From: an uncultured Planctomycetaceae bacterium
Lineage (GTDB): Bacteria > Planctomycetota > Planctomycetia > Pirellulales > UBA1268
NCBI GenBank assembly: GCA_903917235.1
Contig: CAIWZS010000039.1
Location: forward strand, 15,695-79,694
Reading direction: 5' to 3'
Length of the DNA stretch: 64,000 nt
In this document: positions 28,695 through 36,263 of the stretch, piece by piece
Numbering within the stretch: position 1 is the stretch's first letter
Layout: each line of letters starts with the position of its first letter
Notes under the pieces: model-generated
The model's input: only the letters and a program-made list of their open reading frames with translations
Databases searched by the model: none
What the model was told of the DNA's origin: nothing
Made by a program: the position numbers and the translations under genes

Positions 28695-29162
28695 TCAGGT
28701 GGCCTTCGGAGCGGCCGGTGCCTCGGGGGCAGCCGGGGCAGCGGGAGTGGCCGGAGCAGCGGGAGCGGCCTCGGTCGGAACGGCCTGCTCGACCGCACCC
28801 TCCGAGATGACGCTCTCACCACCGCAGGCACCACCGGCGCAGCCACCTTCCATCACGACCTCACCGCCACCGCACGATCCGCAGCTCGAAGCGGCCTCGC
28901 CGCACGAACCGCAGTCGCTCGCGGCCGACTCGCACGCCGGAGCGGCTTCGGCAGCACCGTGGCAGCCACGGCGATGACGAGCAAACAGGCCGCCGTGGCA
29001 ACGCTCACGCTCGCCGTGGCAGCGGTGCAGACGGGCGAGAAGACCGCCATGACCGCGACCATGGCAGCCGTGACCGGCCACCGCACCCGAATCACCGCCG
29101 ACGAGCGCGATGCCGACGAGCGCGAAGAACATCGCGAACGCAAAGCCGAGGAAACGCTTCAT
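28695..29162 (-). CDS. small secreted Cys/His/Gly-rich protein (155 aa), putative metal-binding
   Basis: Track ORF trimmed to the ATG at 29162, with GGAGG 6 nt upstream. Signal peptide MKRFLGFAFAMFFALVGIALVGG. The mature part carries four CHG motifs and two CGSCG motifs, then a PAAPA-type tail. Confidence 0.75.
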   Translation of the reverse strand: MKRFLGFAFAMFFALVGIALVGGDSGAVAGHGCHGRGHGGLLARLHRCHGERERCHGGLFARHRRGCHGAAEAAPACESAASDCGSCGEAASSCGSCGGGEVVMEGGCAGGACGGESVISEGAVEQAVPTEAAPAAPATPAAPAAPEAPAAPKAT

Positions 29163-29382
29163 TACTGACCTCCGGTTGAAAACACGAGACGCGACGTGCG
29201 CCCGACGGCCGTCACGAGTGGAACCCCGATCCGGGACGGCCACCGGACCGCAGCAGAAAACGGATAGCGATGGGACACCCCGACCGGACTCCAACCGAGC
29301 CGCTTGAAGACCCGTCAGCACGCATGGCGGGCGGACGGGGCCTTGTACGGATCAGAAAGAGTTTGCGGGTGGGGCAAACCAG

Positions 29383-29416
29383 GCTGCTAGGCTAGCAGCG
29401 GGATGCCCACTGTCAA
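29383..29416 (-). promoter_or_regulatory. candidate sigma70-type promoter with a palindromic operator over the -10 region
   Basis: On the minus strand: TTGACA (29416-29411), a 16-nt spacer, then TAGCCT (29394-29389). The 17-bp palindrome GCTGCTAGgCTAGCAGC (29383-29399) overlaps the -10. It points at the Cys/His-rich gene. Confidence 0.35.
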
Positions 29417-29540
29417 GAAAAGTGGGCAATCTGGCAAAGATATGCCGCCCAAAAGATCCGTTTTTCTTCCGAGCGCGGGCGCCGGTTGGCTGAATTCAGG
29501 CGTTCCCGGGGATGGCGCTCCGGGCCGGTGCCATGAGCCT

Positions 29541-30182
29541 TCAGCGTGGTTTCGGCTGCGGCTGGGACGGCTGGCCCTGGGCGGTCCGCGGCTGAAGAGG
29601 TGCCCCGGCCGCCTTCGCCGCCCGCTTTTGCAGTTCGGTCGCCACCAGCTGCTGCTTGGCCAGCATGTCCTCGGGATCCTCGAAGTCGAGCAGGAGCGGC
29701 GGGAGGTCGTCGAAGACCTTCATCGCCATGCCCACGATCCGCCACCCCTCCGGATCGAGCCGGGTGACCCAGATCACGTTGTCCGTCGACTTGAACCCGT
29801 CGGCATCGACGTCGGTCCAGATGGTGGCGACGTGCACGACGTCCCCTGCCTCACCCACCACTTCGCATGCCCGGACCGAGTACGTGGCGTTGTCGTTGAC
29901 CGGCGGCGCGACGGAAATACCGAGCTCCTTGGTTTTGGCCCGGGCCACCTGCGTGAGGAGACCTCGTGCGGTCGCGTCGTCGCCCCGCTTGATCGCGTCG
30001 AGGAACGCCACGACCGTCGCCTGGGCAGGTCCCGTCACGGCGGGGTCGCCCGCCGCCTCGACCGGACCGGCGAACACCGTGCTGAAGCCGATCAGTATCA
30101 GGCCCGTGAAGATCCCCGTTCGACCGCGGCGGCTCGTCGTCGCGGCGCGAGCCACCGCCTCGTACATGTTTCGCAGTATCAT
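29541..30182 (-). CDS. hypothetical signal-anchored protein
   Basis: Track ORF 29541..30272 trimmed to the ATG at 30182 (MILRNMYEAVARA...GIFTGLILIGFSTVFAGPVEA). The globular part is protein-like and the C-terminus is Gln/Pro-rich. Confidence 0.6.
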   Translation of the reverse strand: MILRNMYEAVARAATTSRRGRTGIFTGLILIGFSTVFAGPVEAAGDPAVTGPAQATVVAFLDAIKRGDDATARGLLTQVARAKTKELGISVAPPVNDNATYSVRACEVVGEAGDVVHVATIWTDVDADGFKSTDNVIWVTRLDPEGWRIVGMAMKVFDDLPPLLLDFEDPEDMLAKQQLVATELQKRAAKAAGAPLQPRTAQGQPSQPQPKPR

Positions 30183-30345
30183 GAGGATGTCCGCTCCTTC
30201 GACGGGAATGCCCGCGCCACCCGACTCGGGCGCCGGCAGGACTCGGTGAGGGACGGAGGGTGACGGGGCCACGTTCGCGGGTCAAGATGGAATCGCCCGT
30301 CATTTCGGCCTGAAATCGGACCCCACGAAGGGAAAGGGATCGCTC

Positions 30346-31413
30346 ATGAAACGCCGCATGAAAGGCTCGGACGAGCCGCGTTCTCCACACTCCCATCAGA
30401 CCTTTGCGACGCCTGCACGTCCTCGAAACCGTTTGCCCGTCGCCACAGGCTTGCCCGTCGTCGTCTGCGTGGTGATGGCTGCAGCCGCGACGGTCGTGGC
30501 CGAGGCCCAGACCCTGCGCCGCGGTGCCACGCAGATCCGTCGCGCGACCCCGCCGAAGGGGTCGTGGGACCAGTCCGTCGAACGCACGTTCTTCCCCGAC
30601 GCTTTCACGACGCTCGACGGGCCGCGGCCCGACTTCACCGCCCGCCCGAGTGGTGGCGGCTCCACCGGAGGATCGTCCGGCGGCTCGGATGGTCAGACGG
30701 CGCCACAGGGGGGCGGGTTTCGCTGGTCGGGGCTGGTCTCGGAGGACACGCTCACCGACGAGATCAAGAACATGAAGGACGTCGTGGTGGAGGCATGCGC
30801 CACGCCCTCGGCCTTCAAGGGTGGCGGCTACGACAAGGCTCGGAAGGGATTCAGCGCGATCGCGCTCGCCTTCGCGGTCGTCGCCGATTACGACGGTGAC
30901 GTCCGCTGGAAGAAGGATGCCGTGACGGCACGCGACCTGTTCGCACGGGCGGGGTTCAACTGCAAGGTCGGCACCGACCAGTCGTTCGCGGAGGCCAAGG
31001 CCCGCATCGACGATCTGAATCGCATGCTGCAGGGCAGTTCGCCCGAGAGCCGGCCGGAACGCGACGAGGAGTTCGCGTGGAGCCAGGTGGCGGGCCGTCC
31101 GGCGCTCATGAGTCGCCTCGAGGAGGCGCAGGCCGCGCTGCGTCCGGCCGCCGCGTCGGCGGCCGACTTCAAGCGCAACGTGGAGGCCGCGCTCCATGCC
31201 GCCGAGGTCATGGCCGTGATCGGCGAGATCATCCAGCGGCGCGACTACGAGTACCACGACGACCAGACCTACGTCGGGTACTCGTCGGAGATGCGCGATG
31301 CGGCGGCCGCCCTGCGGCAGGCGTGCAACGACGGCAACTACGAGGCGGCGCGGGAGGCGGCCGGCCGCATCGAGAAGTCGTGCAACGCGTGCCACGGCGA
31401 CTACCGCGGCTGA
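30346..31413 (+). CDS. secreted protein with a C-terminal class II (cytochrome c-prime-like) heme-binding domain
   Basis: It has a signal/TM segment (LPVVVCVVMAAAATVVAEA). The helical C-terminal region ends in CNACHGDYRG. A CxxCH placed near the C-terminus is the hallmark of four-helix-bundle class II cytochromes c. Confidence 0.7.
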   Translation: MKRRMKGSDEPRSPHSHQTFATPARPRNRLPVATGLPVVVCVVMAAAATVVAEAQTLRRGATQIRRATPPKGSWDQSVERTFFPDAFTTLDGPRPDFTARPSGGGSTGGSSGGSDGQTAPQGGGFRWSGLVSEDTLTDEIKNMKDVVVEACATPSAFKGGGYDKARKGFSAIALAFAVVADYDGDVRWKKDAVTARDLFARAGFNCKVGTDQSFAEAKARIDDLNRMLQGSSPESRPERDEEFAWSQVAGRPALMSRLEEAQAALRPAAASAADFKRNVEAALHAAEVMAVIGEIIQRRDYEYHDDQTYVGYSSEMRDAAAALRQACNDGNYEAAREAAGRIEKSCNACHGDYRG

Positions 31414-31452
31414 TCCGGGCGCGGCCCAGGATCGCCGCGAATCACCGGTCGA

Positions 31453-32043
31453 TCACCGTGCGGTCAGGTGCGCAAGCGGTTCGAGCGGCACGAGTTCCGC
31501 CAGGCCGGCCTCCACCATCTCGCGGCCTGACACGTAGCGGTGGGCGCGGATCCAGGCGTTGATGCGGTCCGCCTCGCGGCCGAACAGGTCGCAGAGGAAT
31601 ACGTCCATGTCTCGCTCGAGGTCGCCGAAGTGCCGGGACCACTCCGCAGCCTCGCGCAGCCCGATGTGCTCCTCGCTTTGCCACTTCATCGGATGGAAGA
31701 GGAACACGCTGTAGGCGGTCACCAGCCGGCGGGCGCACGCCGCGAAGGGCCAGAGCGCGGCCGACGAGCATTCCCCGGTCACGACGGCGGTCGCGCTGAT
31801 GCCCCGCAGCCGCAGGAGGGCGGTGAGCGACATCGCGCAGTACGGACTGCCTCCGGGCGAGTCGAAGTAGATCGTGCAGGTGCCGCCTGGTTCGACGCCG
31901 AGCAGGCGGTCGGTGAGGTCGGCCTCGTGATCGGTCAGGTCGCCGACGATCGCGATCTCGAGGGGTCCCTCCTCGCGATCGTCGTCGCCGGACGGTCCGG
32001 CGCCGCGGCGGCTGCGGGACGGAGGGTCGTCGCGTCGGGCCAT
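31453..32043 (-). CDS. ClpP-like serine protease family protein (S14 fold), short paralog
   Basis: Track ORF trimmed to the ATG at 32043. Motifs YFDSPGGS, TGECSSAAL (Ser) and LFHPMKW (His) are present, with a C-terminal EMVEAGLAELV like ClpP's eA.eyGLiD. Confidence 0.7.
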   Translation of the reverse strand: MARRDDPPSRSRRGAGPSGDDDREEGPLEIAIVGDLTDHEADLTDRLLGVEPGGTCTIYFDSPGGSPYCAMSLTALLRLRGISATAVVTGECSSAALWPFAACARRLVTAYSVFLFHPMKWQSEEHIGLREAAEWSRHFGDLERDMDVFLCDLFGREADRINAWIRAHRYVSGREMVEAGLAELVPLEPLAHLTAR

Positions 32044-32211
32044 CGGCACCTCGGGAAGCGCTGCCGACCGCACGGCAGGACCGGTGCCGGGCACGTCGTG
32101 AAGCAGCGAGCGTGAGAGCCTAAGATGGGCACGGCGTCGCGACAAGCCGCGGACCGGCCTTTCCACCCGTTCGACGCCACGTTCGCGACACATACGAGGA
32201 GGATCGCCGGC

Positions 32212-32781
32212 ATGGGAATCGAGGCCCGCTGTCCGAACGGGCACGATGTTCGCGTGAAGGATCGCTTCGCCGGCAAGAAGGCGTACTGTCCGGAGTGCGG
32301 CGCGACGTTTCGGGTGCCGCTGCCGAAATCGCGCTCGTCCGATGCGCACGCGACCGAGCCGCCGGAACTGCCCGTCGCGACGATCGTGTCGCTCGACGGC
32401 GACTACGCGGCCAGCCTGCCACGAGCCACGGCGCTCGGCACGCTCGAGGTCGCGGACCCCGTCGCGTCGACGGAGGCGCCGGCGCCGGCCCGTCGCGAAC
32501 CTCGCGCGCCCGTCACCCCGGCCGTCGCGGAGGAACCGCCGCCCGAGGAGATCCCCGTGGAGCGGCGGTTCCACCCCGTCATCGCCGAAGCCACCGATGT
32601 CGAATGGAACGTGGCGCTTCCCGGCGGCGATCCGTCGGAGCCCCTGTCGGCCGACATGCTCCAGGAGTGGCTCGATGCCGGCGGAGCCACCGGCAGTGAA
32701 CTGGTCTGGCGCCAGGACTGGCCCGACTGGGTCCCGATCCGCCTCGTGTTTCCCGAGCATGTGCCGCCGTCGGCAGGCTGA
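32212..32781 (+). CDS. zinc-ribbon + GYF_2-like domain protein
   Basis: ATG at 32212 with GAGGAGGA 9 nt upstream. N-terminal zinc ribbon CPNGH...CPECG. C-terminal VEWNVALPGGDPSEPLSADMLQEWLDAGGATGSELVWRQDWPDWVPI resembles GYF_2/DUF4339. Confidence 0.7.
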   Translation: MGIEARCPNGHDVRVKDRFAGKKAYCPECGATFRVPLPKSRSSDAHATEPPELPVATIVSLDGDYAASLPRATALGTLEVADPVASTEAPAPARREPRAPVTPAVAEEPPPEEIPVERRFHPVIAEATDVEWNVALPGGDPSEPLSADMLQEWLDAGGATGSELVWRQDWPDWVPIRLVFPEHVPPSAG

Positions 32782-32847
32782 ACGGTGCCGCCGGCCTTCC
32801 CGGTGATCTGATACATTTCGGGGTGAACCTCGACTCGAGCACCATTA

Positions 32848-32888
32848 CCCCGGATCATCTCCGGGGATCATTTTCCCGGATCGGAGAC
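32848..32888 (+). repeat. three GGATC-centred repeats at 13-nt spacing just upstream of the 32896 start codon
   Basis: CCCCGGATCATCT / CCGGGGATCATTTT / CCCGGATCGGAGAC. GGATC occurs at 32852, 32865 and 32878. Confidence 0.7.
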
Positions 32889-32895
32889 CCCGTCC

Positions 32896-33564
32896 ATGAA
32901 CGCCCTCGTCGTGTCCCCGCGGCATCGGATGCTCGCACGCGGCCTCGCCTCCCCACGGCTGCTCGGTCGGCGGATCGTGCATGCAGCCTCGCTCGTGGTC
33001 ACGGCGGGCGTCGCGGTCATCGCGTGCGTGCTCGTCGCCCCCCGCGACGCGCGGGCCCAGGCGGCCGCACCCGCGGCCGGCGCCTTCACGATCGCCGATG
33101 GCGGCCTGTCGCTCGAGGCGCCGCAGGCGTGGAAGCAGGTGCCGCCCAAGTCACGGATCGTGGATGCGGAATTCCAGATTCCCGGCGCCGGACCGGACGA
33201 CGCCGGCCGGATGACGGTGATGGGTGCCGGCGGCACGGTCGAGATGAACATCGATCGCTGGTACGGACAGTTCACGCAGCCGGACGGCAGCGCGACCAAG
33301 GATCACGCGACCACGAAGGCGCTGAAGATCGCCGGCTGCCAGGTGACGATCGTGGACGTCGCCGGCACCTACAAGGACATGCCGGGAGGCCCGTTCGCGG
33401 GCGGACAGACCATCCAGCGGCCCGGGTACCGCATGCTCGCCGCCATCGTCGAATCGAAGGGGGGGAACTACTTCCTCAAGTTCTACGGACCGGCGGCCAC
33501 CGTCGCGGCCCATGCCGACGGCTTCATGAAGATGCTGGAGGGCATGGTCGCCAAGGGCAACTGA
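32896..33564 (+). CDS. secreted hypothetical protein
   Basis: 222 aa. Signal peptide with an A-x-A site (VLVAPRDARAQAA). The mature part is beta-rich. Its stop lies 18 nt before the NTPase gene. Confidence 0.7.
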   Translation: MNALVVSPRHRMLARGLASPRLLGRRIVHAASLVVTAGVAVIACVLVAPRDARAQAAAPAAGAFTIADGGLSLEAPQAWKQVPPKSRIVDAEFQIPGAGPDDAGRMTVMGAGGTVEMNIDRWYGQFTQPDGSATKDHATTKALKIAGCQVTIVDVAGTYKDMPGGPFAGGQTIQRPGYRMLAAIVESKGGNYFLKFYGPAATVAAHADGFMKMLEGMVAKGN

Positions 33565-33582
33565 CGCCCGACGCACCGATCG

Positions 33583-35046
33583 ATGAAGGTCCACGCATTC
33601 CTCGAGCACCACGGCATCGCGGGAAACCCGTTCGCCGAGGAGGATGCGCAGAACGACACGGTCTTCAAGCGCACGTGCCTCGAGACGACGTTCCACCCCG
33701 CGTGGGACAAGATCTACGGCGATCCGGCCGATCCGAGCACGGCGATCGTCTTCGGCGAGAAGGGGGCGGGGAAGACGGCGCTCAAGCTGCAGATGGTCAG
33801 GCAGTTCGAGCGGCATGCGTCCGAGCATCCCGACGCCGCCACCTTCGTCGTGCTCTACGACGACTTCAATCCGTTTCTCGACCGGTTCGTCAGCCGTCTC
33901 GGCCCGCATCGGCCCGTCGACCGGGTGCTCGCCCGCTGGAAGCTCTGGGACCACATCGACGCCATCCTGTCGCTCGCGGTGACCCAGCTCGTCACCAGGC
34001 TCCTCGAGGGCAAGGGGTCTCGGCCTCCGCTCACCCAGCCGCAGGCGCGCGATCTCGCCCTCCTGGCCGCCTGCTACGACCAGTCGACCGCGGAGTCGTT
34101 CCCGTCACGGTGGCGGCGGCTGCGGGGCCGCATCGGGCATCATGGGTGGATGGCGCTGCTCGCGCCCGCGCTCGCGATCGGTGCCACGCTCGCGTTCTCC
34201 GGCGCGCTCGCCTGGGGCGCGATGAGCGGCTCGCTCGGATGGACGAGGCAGTGGTGGCCGTGGCTGCTCCTCGCCGCCGCGTGGCTGCCCGCCGCGCTGC
34301 GTCGGGCCCGCGCGACCTGGCGCGCCTGGCGGATCGTCCGCGGCATGCGCTCCGGCAACCGCACCGTCGCCCAGCTCGCCCGGGCGCTCGTGCGGTTCCC
34401 CGAGGTCGACCTCGCCGGCCAGCCGCTGCCGGCGTTCGCGCGCAGCGACGACCGGTACGAGCTGCTCGCGAAGTTCCAGGGCGTGCTCGCCGGCCTGGGC
34501 CACACCGGCATGGTGGTGATCGTGGACCGGCTCGACGAGCCGCATCTCATCAACGGCTCGGCCGACCGGATGCGGCTCGTGCTCTGGCCCCTGCTCGACA
34601 ACAAGTTCCTCAAGTCGCCGGGACTCGGTTTCAAACTGCTGCTTCCGCTCGAGCTCTACCGCTTCATCGAGCGGGAGGACGAGTCCTTCAACCAGCGCGC
34701 GCGGCTCGACAAGCAGAACCTCGTGCCGTCGCTCGAATGGTCCGGCGAGACGCTCTACGACATCGCCTCGATGCGGGTGAAGGCCGCGAGCGTGGGTGAT
34801 CCGCCCGCCACGCTGGCCGACCTCTTCGACGACACGGTCGATCAGCGTCGGCTGATCGAAGGACTGCGCGGCCTGCGGGTGCCGCGGCAGCTCTTCAAAT
34901 TCCTCTACCGTCTGCTCGTCGCGCACTGCCACGCCCACACCGACGAGGCGCCGTCGTTCCGCATCCCCGTGGAGCGCTTCGAGCGCGAGCTCGCGCTGTT
35001 TCGGCGCGATCAGGAGGCGTTCGACCGCGGCCTCGCACCTCGGTAG
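33583..35046 (+). CDS. P-loop NTPase with an inserted two-helix membrane hairpin (KAP-like topology; ExeA-like N-terminus)
   Basis: Walker A is GEKGAGKT (aa 58-65). Hydrophobic helices lie at about aa 189-214 and 224-239, followed by RRARATWRAWR. The Walker-B-like motif is MVVIVDRLDE (aa 310-319). The N-terminus (HGIAGNPF) resembles ExeA/GspA-type AAA proteins. Confidence 0.8.
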   Translation: MKVHAFLEHHGIAGNPFAEEDAQNDTVFKRTCLETTFHPAWDKIYGDPADPSTAIVFGEKGAGKTALKLQMVRQFERHASEHPDAATFVVLYDDFNPFLDRFVSRLGPHRPVDRVLARWKLWDHIDAILSLAVTQLVTRLLEGKGSRPPLTQPQARDLALLAACYDQSTAESFPSRWRRLRGRIGHHGWMALLAPALAIGATLAFSGALAWGAMSGSLGWTRQWWPWLLLAAAWLPAALRRARATWRAWRIVRGMRSGNRTVAQLARALVRFPEVDLAGQPLPAFARSDDRYELLAKFQGVLAGLGHTGMVVIVDRLDEPHLINGSADRMRLVLWPLLDNKFLKSPGLGFKLLLPLELYRFIEREDESFNQRARLDKQNLVPSLEWSGETLYDIASMRVKAASVGDPPATLADLFDDTVDQRRLIEGLRGLRVPRQLFKFLYRLLVAHCHAHTDEAPSFRIPVERFERELALFRRDQEAFDRGLAPR

Positions 35047-35128
35047 CGACGGGCAGACCCCGTCGCGAGTCGCCTCCCCACTCCGCCGCGCGGGAGCGGC
35101 AGGACCACCCGGCCCCCCGTCGCGGACG

Positions 35129-36163
35129 ATGGCATCCGATCTGCACACGATCGTCGTGGGGCGCGAGGCGATGGGCTGCCGCTTCGAGGTCGCCTTCAAT
35201 GCCGGCGAGCATGCCGACGCCACGGAGCTCGGCATCGACGCGCTCGACGTGGTCGACGCGATCGAGGACCGGCTCACCGTCTACCGCGACACGAGCGAGC
35301 TCGCCCGCCTCAACGCCGCCGCCGCATCCGGATGGCAGACGGTGTCGGAGGATCTCTTCACGCTGCTCGCACGATCCCGCGAGCTCCACGACGCCACGCT
35401 CGGTGCCTACGACATCGCCGCCGGATCGCTCGTGCGCACCTGGGGCTTCCTGCGCCGGCAGGGGCGCACGCCCGACGACGACGTGCTGGCCGCCGCCCGC
35501 GCGGCGTCGGGCATGCACCTGGTGGAGCTCGATGCGGCGGGCCGACGCGTGCGGTTCACGCGGCCCGGCGTCGAGATCAATCCCGGCGCGATCGGAAAGG
35601 GCTGGGCGATCGATGCCGCGATGTCGCGACTGAGGGACGCCGGCGTGCAGAGCACGCTCGTGCACGGCGGCCAGAGCAGCGTGCGCGCCGCCGGGATCCA
35701 GGGGCCCACGACCCCGGGCCGACGGGGCTGGCGCGTCGGTCTCGCGCACCCGCTGCGACCGGGCCGCCGCCTCGCCACCTTCACCCTCGTCGATCGCGCG
35801 CTCGGCACGAGCGGCTCGGGCACGCAGTTCTTCATCGATCGCGGACGGAGGCTCGGCCACATCCTCGATCCGCGCACCGGCAGACCGGCGGAGGGCGTGC
35901 ACTGTGCCACGGTCGTCGCCCCCTCCGCGGCCGACGCCGACGCCCTGGCCACGGCGCTCTACGTCCTCGGCCGGGACGGGCTCCCCCGGATCGCGCCACG
36001 CGGTGGTCCGGTCGGTGCGGTGCTCGTCGTGCCGGACGACGGGGCCGGCGTGCGGATCGTCACGGCGAACCTCCCGCGCGGCATGATCGACCTGGAGAAC
36101 GCCGTGGGCGTGACGGTCGAGGACACCACGGCCACGCCGGTGGATGCGCCCGCGCCGTCGTGA
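35129..36163 (+). CDS. apbE: FAD:protein FMN transferase (ApbE family)
   Basis: MGCRFEV...LNAAA...DIAAGSLVRTWGF...NPGAIGKGWAID...GTSGSG matches the ApbE pattern. Confidence 0.88.
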   Translation: MASDLHTIVVGREAMGCRFEVAFNAGEHADATELGIDALDVVDAIEDRLTVYRDTSELARLNAAAASGWQTVSEDLFTLLARSRELHDATLGAYDIAAGSLVRTWGFLRRQGRTPDDDVLAAARAASGMHLVELDAAGRRVRFTRPGVEINPGAIGKGWAIDAAMSRLRDAGVQSTLVHGGQSSVRAAGIQGPTTPGRRGWRVGLAHPLRPGRRLATFTLVDRALGTSGSGTQFFIDRGRRLGHILDPRTGRPAEGVHCATVVAPSAADADALATALYVLGRDGLPRIAPRGGPVGAVLVVPDDGAGVRIVTANLPRGMIDLENAVGVTVEDTTATPVDAPAPS

Positions 36164-36263
36164 TTCGGGCGGTTTCGCAGCGTGGACTGCGCCGCGGGCG
36201 GCGTGACGGTACACTCCACGGCCCGGAGTTTTCGATCCCGATCCCGCCGTCGCGCGCCGCATC

